From the NCBI GenBank assembly GCA_050945795.1, contig JBMNTP010000001.1:230879-294878 (forward strand): a stretch of 64,000 nucleotides of DNA. The letters run 5' to 3'. The DNA comes from Christensenellales bacterium. Lineage in GTDB: Bacteria > Bacillota > Clostridia > Christensenellales > MGBC116941. A program made the translations under genes and the position numbers. The notes below the pieces were generated by a model. The model was not told where the DNA came from, made no database searches, and saw only the letters and a list, made by a program, of their open reading frames with translations. Shown here piece after piece: positions 55,958 to 64,000 of this stretch (positions are counted from its first letter, which is position 1; each line of letters opens with the position of its first letter).

Positions 55958-56040
55958 GTAATATAATAGTATATACGCATCTCCTGTTTTTATTGTACAA
56001 ATCAGTTTATATAGAATAATTATCGAAAGCGAGGCCAGCT

Positions 56041-57144
56041 ATGAAATTTACATTTACAATGCCTACCCGCCTGTTTTTTGAAGAAAACGGCGTATTAAAT
56101 CATGCAGAGGAATTCGCCAAACTTGGCAAAAAAGCCATGATTATAACCGGCAAACATTCTGCCAAAGCCAGCGGAGCGCTTTTAGATGTTGAAACTACGC
56201 TCTCTAAATCCGGCGTAGAGTATCGTATATTCGACCGCGTTGAAAATAACCCCACAATGACTACCGCCCGCATTGCCGCAGATAAAACAGCGACATTCGG
56301 CGCGGATTTTGTAATAGGCATAGGCGGCGGCTCGCCAATAGACGCGGCTAAAGCAGTAGCCGTACTGGTGGCAAACCCATCAATGGAAGTATCGGAGCTT
56401 TTTAAAAGCAAGTATGAGAAGGCCCTGCCCATAGTAGCCATCCCCACCACCGCCGGCACCGGCACAGAGGCGACGCAATACAGCGTACTGGCAAATGAGG
56501 AGCTGCAAACGAAGCTGGGCTTTGGCAATTACCATACCTTCCCCGCCCTTTCCTTCCTCGATGCGCGCTATACCGCCTCTTTAAGCCTTGACGTAACAAT
56601 AAACACCGCTATAGACGCTTTCTCTCATTCTCTTGAAGGCTATCTCGCAAACAGAAGCAATATAATAACAGACTGTCTCGCCCTCGACGCTATAACAATG
56701 TTCGGCTCGGCAATAGACAGCCTTACCGCCGGCAAACTTGATTTTTCGACCCGGGAAAAGCTGCTCTATGTTTCTATGCTCGGCGGCGTTGTAATAGCGC
56801 AAGCCTCCGTAACGCTACAGCACGGCATGGGCTATTGCTTTACATATTTCCACGACATACCGCACGGCAAAGCCAACGGTCTGCTTATGCGCGAATACCT
56901 AAAATTTGTTTATCCCGAAGTTAAAGATAAGGTCGATACAGCGATGTCCCGCATGGGCTTTTCAAGTATAGACGCCTTCGCCGGCAAGCTTGAGCAGCTT
57001 ATAGGCAAGGCGCCGCTGCTAAGCGCTAAAGAAGTAGAGCAGTATACTAAGCTATCTCTGCTCCAAAAAGGCAGCATTGCCAACACTCCTCGCACCGTAA
57101 CCGAAACCGAAATATGCAGCATATGGCAAAAGTTCGCTAAGTAA
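56041..57144 (+). CDS. Iron-containing (group III) alcohol dehydrogenase
   Basis: GIGGGSPIDAAKA motif and conserved His region HGMGY...HG. Confidence 0.85.
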   Translation: MKFTFTMPTRLFFEENGVLNHAEEFAKLGKKAMIITGKHSAKASGALLDVETTLSKSGVEYRIFDRVENNPTMTTARIAADKTATFGADFVIGIGGGSPIDAAKAVAVLVANPSMEVSELFKSKYEKALPIVAIPTTAGTGTEATQYSVLANEELQTKLGFGNYHTFPALSFLDARYTASLSLDVTINTAIDAFSHSLEGYLANRSNIITDCLALDAITMFGSAIDSLTAGKLDFSTREKLLYVSMLGGVVIAQASVTLQHGMGYCFTYFHDIPHGKANGLLMREYLKFVYPEVKDKVDTAMSRMGFSSIDAFAGKLEQLIGKAPLLSAKEVEQYTKLSLLQKGSIANTPRTVTETEICSIWQKFAK

Positions 57145-57212
57145 CGTACAGAGGAAAGCCTTTTGGCAGCGCTTGCTTCTTTAGATAATATTTATCTATA
57201 TAGTCAAATATG

Positions 57213-57236
57213 AAAAGGCCGCATATGCGGCCTTTT
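57213..57236. terminator. Bidirectional terminator between the Fe-ADH and enolase-superfamily genes
   Basis: AAAAGGCCGCATATGCGGCCTTTT: a perfect palindrome flanked by A and T runs. Confidence 0.85.
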
Positions 57237-57325
57237 CTCATAAACCTAATATCAACCCAATGGTTTGTTTTAGCTTTACCTTTCATTTTTCTAAATACCC
57301 GTCCCGGGCATAGGGAAAAGGTAAC
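57213..57325 (-). repeat. Possible degenerate relative of the modular repeat (doubles as terminator)
   Basis: GGCCGCATATGCGGCC palindrome at 57217-57232, plus TTACCTTTC...GAAAAGGTAAC at 57276-57325 resembling M3 and M1. Confidence 0.35.
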
Positions 57326-57335
57326 AACCCCTCCG

Positions 57336-58463
57336 TTACCAGGACTTAACGGTATACTTTTCGAGTATTTCAGGGTTTAACTCTATGCCAAGTCCGGGCA
57401 AATCAGGTATATGGACATTGCCATCTTTATCTATCTGGTAATGGCTCTTTATGAGGTTTTTGCTCAATACCGTTTCTTGCGAGCAGTATTCTAGCACAAA
57501 CGAGTTTTTAACCGACGCTATAAACTGGAGCGAGGCGGACATCAGTATGCCTGTTTTAAAAGCGTGGGGTATTACGGGTATTTCTTTTGTCCTCGCTATA
57601 TCCGCCGCCTTTTTGGCTATGGATATTCCACCGCAGCGGCTCATATCCGGCTGCAATATGTCCACGCAGTTGTTTTCAAGCAGCTCCATAAATTCATACA
57701 GCGTACCGACTTCCTCACCAGCGGATATCTTAAGATTAGTAGCCTCAGAGAGCCGCTTATAGCCCTGTATATTGTCGGGCCAGAAAGGCTCTTCAACCCA
57801 CGATATATTGTATTGCTCTATTTCGTTGCAAATCTGTATGGCAGTTTTAGCGTCGCCCCATCGCATGCCTATATCTATCATAAGCATAGCATCTTTACCG
57901 AGCTGACGCCGGCACGCCGCGATAAGCTCTATATCCTTTTCGCGGCTTTGTCCGAGCGCGCCCCAGCCAAACTTTATGCCCCTAAACCCTTGTGGCATCT
58001 GCTCGTCTACTATTTTCTTTATGCCGTCCTCATCTTCCGGCATAAGCACGCTGCAATAAGCGGGTATAACCGTTTTAAATGCGCCGCCTAGCAGCTTATA
58101 AACGGGCAGCCCGAGCGCCTGGCCCTTTATATCCCACAGCGCCATCTCAACGCCGCTCATAGCATGTATGCCAACACTTCTTCTGCCGTAATAATACGAC
58201 TTTTCATACATCTTCTCCCATAGCACCTCTATATCCATGGGATCCTCGCCAATAAGTATTTCCTTAAGCCCCATGCACACCATATGCGACGCCGGCGCGT
58301 TTATTATGGCGCTAACAATATAAGGGGAAGAATCAACCTCGCCAATGCCTGTAATACCGGCATCCGTCTCTACCATAATTACAACAGTGTCCTGGCTGCC
58401 GTCGCCTATCATTTCAATTTGCTCTTGCCGTACCACGATAGCTTTTACATCGGTAATCTTCAT
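57336..58463 (-). CDS. Enolase-superfamily enzyme (mandelate racemase/muconate lactonizing family, acid-sugar dehydratase-like)
   Basis: KITDVKAIVV N-terminus, and metal-ligand regions MIDIGM, WVEEP, ILQPDMSRCGG. ATG 58463 lies 6 nt after GGAGG. Confidence 0.8.
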   Translation of the reverse strand: MKITDVKAIVVRQEQIEMIGDGSQDTVVIMVETDAGITGIGEVDSSPYIVSAIINAPASHMVCMGLKEILIGEDPMDIEVLWEKMYEKSYYYGRRSVGIHAMSGVEMALWDIKGQALGLPVYKLLGGAFKTVIPAYCSVLMPEDEDGIKKIVDEQMPQGFRGIKFGWGALGQSREKDIELIAACRRQLGKDAMLMIDIGMRWGDAKTAIQICNEIEQYNISWVEEPFWPDNIQGYKRLSEATNLKISAGEEVGTLYEFMELLENNCVDILQPDMSRCGGISIAKKAADIARTKEIPVIPHAFKTGILMSASLQFIASVKNSFVLEYCSQETVLSKNLIKSHYQIDKDGNVHIPDLPGLGIELNPEILEKYTVKSW

Positions 58464-58756
58464 TTTTTGCCTCCTATGATGTGTTTTTAGAAATATTAGC
58501 TTAAGAAACAGCGGCAAATGAGGTATAGCCGCCTTACCCTTTTATATTTTGTCAGCAAACTTCGGTATTAAAGAAACTGTCATGTAATATAATACAACAT
58601 ATTTCGCAAAATGTATAAACTATATCCAAATTCTACCGATATATATTAGTGTTGTGTAAACGTATTACAAAAACACCATTCCCCATCTTCTTTCAGGACG
58701 AAACGCAGTTTATAGGTCTGCCGTCCTTATTATATACGCAGGGAGAAATGCTCAAT

Positions 58757-59827
58757 ATGAGATTCATACCCATACGCAAGCTTCGAGAAGGCGATATACT
58801 GGCCTGCGACATTATAATGGATAAAACCCGCACGATGCTGAGAACCGGCGTACGACTAAGCCAACAAAATATTACAAGGCTGCGCGAAATAGGATTCTGC
58901 GGCGCTTATATAAAAGATGAACTGTCAGAAGGCATATGCGTCAATTCGGTGGTAGAAGAACAGCTCAAGCACCACGCCATGGCGGAGGTTGAAAAGCTAT
59001 TCGCGGGAGCAATAGACTTAGGCCGCGCTTCTAAGCCGGATACGGCGAATATTCACATAATCGCAAAAGAGATGGTATCGCAGGTGCTGGAAAAAAAGCA
59101 CCTTGTGGTAAATATTATAAACCTTCGCTCATACGATGACTATACTTTCAGCCACTGCGTAAACGTCGCTGTTATAGCCGCGGTTATAGGAGCGGCGTTA
59201 GGGCTTGATAAAAACGAGCTTTGCAGTCTTTCTGTCGGCGCGCTGCTCCACGACATAGGCAAGATGATGGTGCCAAAGGAAATCATAAACAAAAAAGGCC
59301 GGCTTACAGGTGAGGAATATGCCGTTATGAAGCAACACTGCCGGCTCGGATACGAATACCTCTCGCCGCTTGATTCTTTAAGCGATGCCGCTCGCCTTTC
59401 CTCCCTTATACACCATGAGTATTTTAACGGCACCGGCTATCCGAATAAGCTTTCCGGCAACGACATACATCTTTTTGGTCGCATAATATGCGTGTCAGAT
59501 ATATTCGACACCCTTACATCAGACCGGCCGTATAGAAAGGCGCTCAACGCCTCCGACGCTATGGAATACATAATGTCTGGTTACGGCACTATGTTTGAGC
59601 CTGCAATAGTAGACGCTTTTACACGCAAAATAGCGCCGTATCCCGTCGGCTCTTTGATTAGGCTGAGCACCGGCGATACCGCTATAGTTGTTGAAAATTT
59701 TGAATCGGCGGGTTTGCGTCCTAAAGTGCGCATAATACGCGATAATAAACCAACATCAAATCAGCTCGATCTTCTGCACGACATAAATGCGCGCAATATA
59801 ACAATACAAGAAACTGTAAACCTATAG
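58757..59827 (+). CDS. HD-GYP domain c-di-GMP phosphodiesterase
   Basis: HDIGKMMVP and HHEYFNGTGYP motifs. N-terminal DUF3391-like region. The start could instead be 58748 or the upstream GTG. Confidence 0.85.
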   Translation: MRFIPIRKLREGDILACDIIMDKTRTMLRTGVRLSQQNITRLREIGFCGAYIKDELSEGICVNSVVEEQLKHHAMAEVEKLFAGAIDLGRASKPDTANIHIIAKEMVSQVLEKKHLVVNIINLRSYDDYTFSHCVNVAVIAAVIGAALGLDKNELCSLSVGALLHDIGKMMVPKEIINKKGRLTGEEYAVMKQHCRLGYEYLSPLDSLSDAARLSSLIHHEYFNGTGYPNKLSGNDIHLFGRIICVSDIFDTLTSDRPYRKALNASDAMEYIMSGYGTMFEPAIVDAFTRKIAPYPVGSLIRLSTGDTAIVVENFESAGLRPKVRIIRDNKPTSNQLDLLHDINARNITIQETVNL

Positions 59828-59829
59828 TT

Positions 59830-60240
59830 ACCTTTCTTTTGGAAAAAAGAAAGGTAACCCAAAGAAAACCCCTATCGCGGCTCACTTCGGCCATTTAAGT
59901 GCCACTTCCCCCGCATGCCCACCTTTCTTTTGGAAAAACCTAAGGCAGCCCAAAGAAAATCCCTATCGCGGCTCACTTCGGCCATTTGAGTGCCCTCTCC
60001 CCCACGTGCCCACCTTTCTTCTAAAAAAAACGCAAGGCAACCCAAAGGAAATCCCTATCGCAGCTCACTTCGGCCATTTGAGTGCCCTTTCCCCCACGTG
60101 CCCACCTTTCTTCTAAAAAAAACGCAAGGCAACCCAAAGGAAATCCCTATCGCGACTCACTTCGAGCATTTATGATGCCCCTTCCCGCGCCCCCGCCTTT
60201 TTCCTAAAAAAGAAAGATACGCCAATAAAAATCTATTTCT
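59830..60240 (+). repeat. Tandem array of about 4.5 units of 91-92 bp (amplified M1/CCAAAGAA part of repeat copy C)
   Basis: Unit starts at 59830, 59921, 60012 and 60104, with a partial unit at about 60196. The first 50 nt of units 3 and 4 are identical. No frame stays open across the array. Confidence 0.9.
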
Positions 60241-60298
60241 TGCATTACCTTAATAGCTTTATGCATTTATTTGCCTTGCAGTTAATCCGCTTCTTCTC

Positions 60299-60410
60299 CC
60301 TAAAATGCCGCATATGCGGCATTTTTATAAAGTTTGGGATCAAACCCTTTTTAAAGGGTTTGCCGCCGGAGGCAACCGTATCCTTCGGCCGCCGGGAGCA
60401 ACCGTACCCC
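60299..60410 (+). repeat. Intergenic modular repeat, copy C distal module (M3)
   Basis: ATGCCGCATATGCGGCAT at 60305-60322, the 48-nt core identical to copy B, and two GCCGCCGG(A/G)AGCAACCGTA sub-repeats at 60362 and 60388. Confidence 0.8.
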
Positions 60411-60442
60411 CAGCCACCGTCGCCCCCATACTCCCACGATAT

Positions 60443-60467
60443 CAAAAAGGCCGCCAAAAGGCGGCCT
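60443..60467 (-). terminator. Intrinsic terminator after fliY
   Basis: AGGCCGCC-aaaa-GGCGGCCT stem. TTTTT follows on the minus strand. Confidence 0.8.
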
Positions 60468-60511
60468 ATGACGGCAGAGGCGCACTTTCCCCCGCCGCCC
60501 GTAGCTGACAT

Positions 60512-61540
60512 TTATTGCTGAGAAATAACCTCGCTTATCTTAACGCCGTAATTATCATTTACCACAACAACCTTGCCTCTGGCTATAAGCTTGTCGTTTA
60601 TAATAACCTCAACGTCCTCCCCTTCATTCTTATCAAGCACAATAACAGAGCCCATCTTAAGCTCCATTGTCTCGCGTATGCTCTTTTTCGCCTGCCCCAA
60701 CTCTACAACAACGCTCAACGGTATATCCATTACTAGATCCATATTGCTGCCCGGCACCGTTCTTTCGGCTTCTCTTGGAGCAGGCGGCGCTTTGGGAGCC
60801 GGCGGTATCGTTTCTACTGCTTCTGCATTTTTCTCTTCTTCCTCTTTTATATCCGGCGTTTGCGGCTCTTGCTGCTGCCGCGCCATTTCGGCTGCCGCCT
60901 CCTCATTCATGGCATCGCCAAGCAGCCCGCGCGCCAGCTTTCTCCCGAAGTCAAAAGGTAGCACCTGCATAAGATCGCTTGACAGCAGACCTTCTATCTC
61001 CATAGAAAAGCTTATCTGTATAAACACCTGATCCCTAAGCACCCTTATATCCGGATCGTCAGTGTCCATTACTATTTCGCGCACCTCCGGCGGTGATATG
61101 TTGATTGTCTTCCCTAAAAGTCCGGCTAACGATGTTGACGATGAGCCTACCATCTGATTCATGACCTCGCTTATGGCGCTCATGTACATTTCCTTAACTT
61201 CATCTGAAGGATTGTCGCTGCCCTCCCCGCCCATTAAAAGATCGGTTATGGCATACGCATCCTCCTGCTTAAGCAAAAATGCGTTATAGCCTATGACGCC
61301 GGCAGTATACATTACCTCAACTACAACATACGGCTTTTTATATGTGTTTAACTGCCGCGGCGAGGTGCATACCCTAACCCTCGGCGTTGTAATGCTTACT
61401 CTACGACTTAAAAGTGAAGATACAGCGGTTGCTGAAGCGCCCATGCATATATTGCCTATCTCCCCAAGCGCGTCGATTTCATCCTCCGAAAGCCGCCACA
61501 TATCATGCATCAAATCGGCGCTCGCTTCAACTTCCCTCAT
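60512..61540 (-). CDS. fliY: Flagellar motor switch protein FliY (CheC-like N-domain plus FliN C-domain)
   Basis: EIDALGEIGNICMGASATA (CheC-like) and a C-terminal SpoA/FliN block DIPLSVVVELGQAKKSIRE...GKVVVVNDNYGVKI. Confidence 0.9.
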   Translation of the reverse strand: MREVEASADLMHDMWRLSEDEIDALGEIGNICMGASATAVSSLLSRRVSITTPRVRVCTSPRQLNTYKKPYVVVEVMYTAGVIGYNAFLLKQEDAYAITDLLMGGEGSDNPSDEVKEMYMSAISEVMNQMVGSSSTSLAGLLGKTINISPPEVREIVMDTDDPDIRVLRDQVFIQISFSMEIEGLLSSDLMQVLPFDFGRKLARGLLGDAMNEEAAAEMARQQQEPQTPDIKEEEEKNAEAVETIPPAPKAPPAPREAERTVPGSNMDLVMDIPLSVVVELGQAKKSIRETMELKMGSVIVLDKNEGEDVEVIINDKLIARGKVVVVNDNYGVKISEVISQQ

Positions 61541-62528
61541 GCCGTGTTTCCTCCTTAAGTATCTCTTGTACGTGCACCGCGTATTTCGAGGCGCTGGTGC
61601 CTATTTTGCCTTTAAATTTAGGTATATGCTCGACCATTATCGTCACCGGTTTATCAACCCCATGATCCAGACAGATTATATCGCCTTCTTTTAGCTTTAG
61701 TATGTCGCTTACAGGGCCGGTTGTAGTATTGAATACCGCCTTGAGGGTTAGAGGCGTATCGAGCATACCCGGCCGCATCTCCCTATTCGGCTTTTCCTCA
61801 TCGTTTCGCCGAGCGAAATCGGAATATACTGTTTTCATAGTAAGCTGCTTTGACAAAAGCTGCACCGCGACATGCGGTATACATATGTGTATAAGGTCGG
61901 ATATGCCGCCTATGCTTACGTTCAGTGTAGCGATGGCTATCGGCTCATTCGCCGCTACAATCTGCGTAAACTGTGCGCTTGTTTCCACTCTATCAAGAAC
62001 GGTTTTTATCTTTATAATCTTTTTCCATGCCTCGTCCATACAGGAAAGCATTTGCTTTATAATGCGCTGAAGAATGGCGAATTCTATCTCGGTAAACTGT
62101 TTTTCAACATTACTGCCCCTGCCCTTGCCGCCAAACACTCTGGCGATCATGGCATAGGCTATTGATGAGGAAATTACAAAAAGCGCCGGACCTTGCAGCG
62201 GCGGCAGACTTATAATCGAAAGTATAGATGGTTCGGGTATGGAGTTGCTAAATTCCGAAAACGTCTGCTCCTCTATCGATAACATCTTTACCTCGCAGGC
62301 CGAGCGGAAATGTCCGGATAGGTAATAGGAAAGCAGGTTTGAGTAGTTCTCAAAAATAAAATGCAGCGTGCGTATCTGCTCTTTTGGAAATTTATTAGCT
62401 GTTCTAAAGTTGTATTCTTTTATTTGCGCCGTTTCGATATCGTTTTGCTCACAGACAGCGTCGGCCTCGCCGAGCGAAAGCGACATCAAAAGATCATCTA
62501 TCTCATTTTGTGAAAGAATATTCGCCAA
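61527..62528 (-). CDS. fliM: Flagellar motor switch protein FliM
   Basis: LSQNEIDDLL N-terminal CheY-P binding motif. 333 aa. Overlaps the fliY start by 14 nt. Confidence 0.9.
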   Translation of the reverse strand: MANILSQNEIDDLLMSLSLGEADAVCEQNDIETAQIKEYNFRTANKFPKEQIRTLHFIFENYSNLLSYYLSGHFRSACEVKMLSIEEQTFSEFSNSIPEPSILSIISLPPLQGPALFVISSSIAYAMIARVFGGKGRGSNVEKQFTEIEFAILQRIIKQMLSCMDEAWKKIIKIKTVLDRVETSAQFTQIVAANEPIAIATLNVSIGGISDLIHICIPHVAVQLLSKQLTMKTVYSDFARRNDEEKPNREMRPGMLDTPLTLKAVFNTTTGPVSDILKLKEGDIICLDHGVDKPVTIMVEHIPKFKGKIGTSASKYAVHVQEILKEETRHEGS

Positions 62529-62551
62529 AGTATTTCCTCCCGACGCCGTAA

Positions 62552-63604
62552 TTAACCGCGCCTTTTATCGGCTCCGCTAACGCCCAGCCATTGGTATATA
62601 GAGCCGGACATATCCTCAATATCCATAAACCTGTCTGTAGCGCCCAATTCCCCCGCCACCTTAGGCATACCGAAAACAACGCAGCTTTCCCTGCTCTGAC
62701 CTATTGTAGCGGCGCCGGCATTTTTCATATTAAGCAAGCCTTTCGCGCCATCTGCACCCATGCCGGTAAGTATAATGCCAAGAGCGTTTTTGCCCGCCGC
62801 CTCGGCTACCGAATTGAACAATACATCGCCTGACGGGCAATGCCCGCTTACCTTCTCGCCTTCAAAACAGCGAACCCTATAACCGCGGCGCGTCTTCTCA
62901 ACCTTCATATGCATTCCGCCCGGCGCTATATACGCCCTGCCTTTTATGATATCATCCTTGTCCTTAGCCTCTCTTACCTCCATAGCGCAGCTGCTATTAA
63001 GCCGCTCGGCGTAAAGCCGTGTGAACCCCGGCGGCATATGCTGCACTATAACAATGCCCGGCACATCGTCGCCGAGCGCCTTTAGCAGCGTATGTACGGC
63101 GTCGGTGCCGCCTGTTGAAGCGGCGGCGGCTATCAAAAGCTTATCCGGTGCGGCGTCCGGCGCTACACTGCTCTTTTTTGATGCAGCGTTTTTGCGCCCA
63201 CCCAGTCGCGCGATAGAAGCGACTTTTATCTTTACTATCAGTTCGGATATAAAGTGCTTTCTCTCCAGCTCGCTTTTCATATCCGCCTTGCTTACAAAAT
63301 CTAACGCCCCCGCATCGAGTGCGTCAAGAGCGGCTTCAGCAGCCGAGCTCACTACCACAACAGGCAGCGGGTGCTGCGGCATAAGCCTTTTTAGAAACTC
63401 AACGCCATTCATTTTAGGCATCTCTATATCAAGTGTCATAACATCGGGGTTAAGCTCAAGTATTTTATCTCTCGCCTCATATGGGTCGGACGCTACTCCG
63501 GCCACTTCAAGCGCCGCGTCCTTTTCTAACTGTGCGGCTATAAAAGAGCGCATGAACAGCGAATCATCTACTATCAGCACTCGTATCTTCTTTTTAATCG
63601 CCAT
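62552..63604 (-). CDS. cheB: Chemotaxis response regulator protein-glutamate methylesterase
   Basis: Receiver domain (VLIVDDS, DVMTLDIEMP) plus methylesterase domain (AAAASTGG, GMGADG). Confidence 0.95.
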   Translation of the reverse strand: MAIKKKIRVLIVDDSLFMRSFIAAQLEKDAALEVAGVASDPYEARDKILELNPDVMTLDIEMPKMNGVEFLKRLMPQHPLPVVVVSSAAEAALDALDAGALDFVSKADMKSELERKHFISELIVKIKVASIARLGGRKNAASKKSSVAPDAAPDKLLIAAAASTGGTDAVHTLLKALGDDVPGIVIVQHMPPGFTRLYAERLNSSCAMEVREAKDKDDIIKGRAYIAPGGMHMKVEKTRRGYRVRCFEGEKVSGHCPSGDVLFNSVAEAAGKNALGIILTGMGADGAKGLLNMKNAGAATIGQSRESCVVFGMPKVAGELGATDRFMDIEDMSGSIYQWLGVSGADKRRG

Positions 63605-63607
63605 GCG

Positions 63608-64000
63608 TCACTCCTGCTTTTGAAAAACAGACGGCCTTATAAAAGCAAACCCCGATTCCGCCCTATCGAGCGTTTCCGACTGCCCCAAGAACAGGTATCC
63701 GCCTTTAGCCAAAGCGGCATACAGCTTTTTAATAAGCCTGCGTTTTTCCTCTTTGCCAAAATATATCATTACATTGCGGCAGAATATGGCGTGAAACGGC
63801 TTTCTAAAAGGATAAACGCTGTCATTGAGGTTAAATCGCCTAAGCACAATTTCTTTTTTAAGCGCAGCGCTTATATGGTAGGCGTCGCCCACCTTTTTAA
63901 AGTACCGTTTTACCCATTTTTCGGGCAGCCGCTCTAGTGCCTCTGCCCCGTAAATGCCAAGAGCCGCCCCTTGCAAAGCCTTTCGCGATATATCTGTCGC
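63608..64000 (-). CDS. cheR: Chemotaxis protein methyltransferase CheR, C-terminal part (5' end outside window)
   Basis: The frame is open to the window edge (ATDISRKALQGAALGIY...). SAM-MTase block FCRNVMIYF...GGYLFLGQSE. Confidence 0.9.
   Translation of the reverse strand, partial: ATDISRKALQGAALGIYGAEALERLPEKWVKRYFKKVGDAYHISAALKKEIVLRRFNLNDSVYPFRKPFHAIFCRNVMIYFGKEEKRRLIKKLYAALAKGGYLFLGQSETLDRAESGFAFIRPSVFQKQE

Noticed and set aside
58464-58756. c-di-GMP riboswitch upstream of the HD-GYP gene, or a c-di-AMP (ydaO) riboswitch upstream of NlpC/P60 (54912-55183)
   Set aside because: Neither region contains the conserved GEMM or ydaO cores I can recall. Both regions are AT-rich with only short hairpins.
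59830-60240. Possible CRISPR array, given the regular repeats in a long intergenic region
   Set aside because: The units are about 91 bp and directly abut each other with no unique spacers. They diverge gradually rather than alternating between conserved and unique segments. No cas genes are present in the window.

Overview
This window looks like core chromosome of a Firmicutes/Clostridia-type bacterium. Supporting signs are the sporulation genes (gpr, GerMN lipoproteins), flagellar and chemotaxis genes, strong GGAGG Shine-Dalgarno sites, and roughly balanced G+C by eye. I call 58 densely packed protein-coding genes, two of them cut by the window edges. I also call several sigma-A-like promoters, about 16 intrinsic terminators and one structured intergenic repeat family. 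I recognised no rRNA, tRNA, CRISPR array, transposase, integrase or phage gene. Contents from start to end: sugar-acid and central metabolism (acetate-kinase paralog, LacI regulator, Zn-ADH, glycerate kinase, HpcH aldolase, KDPG aldolase), ohr, pdxK, cysK, a BlaI-like repressor coupled to a VanW protein, a stand-alone fabD, and a fused nadD-yqeK followed by rsfS. Next come a DacB-type carboxypeptidase and an OmpR/HK two-component operon with two GerMN lipoproteins, an ECF S-component and a YycJ-like MBL hydrolase. These are followed by comEC-holA, rpsT, gpr, a ProB-like kinase with DUF2461, a large Ig-repeat surface protein, ilvE, yigZ, tyrS and an aminotransferase. Then come an LPG-synthase-TM protein, a nitroreductase, an SDR, an RluA and rRNA methyltransferase pair, ileS, rarA, serC-serA, HAD, DUF2207-LemA, a GltS-like FMN protein, NlpC/P60, Fe-ADH, an enolase-superfamily enzyme, HD-GYP, and fliY-fliM-cheB-cheR. 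I did not find a clear novel multi-gene system such as a defence island. The least explained items are these. (1) A modular, hairpin-rich intergenic repeat family with 3-4 copies, one carrying about 4.5 tandem 91-bp units (59830-60240). (2) A WalRK-like locus in which GerMN lipoproteins occupy the YycH/YycI position. (3) A BlaI repressor translationally coupled to VanW instead of a BlaR1 protease. (4) Several tightly linked pairs of unknown function (ProB-like kinase with DUF2461, PRC-barrel protein with a membrane protein, GltS-like/LemA/DUF2207). All functional calls rest on motifs read by eye from the translations. No database search was run.
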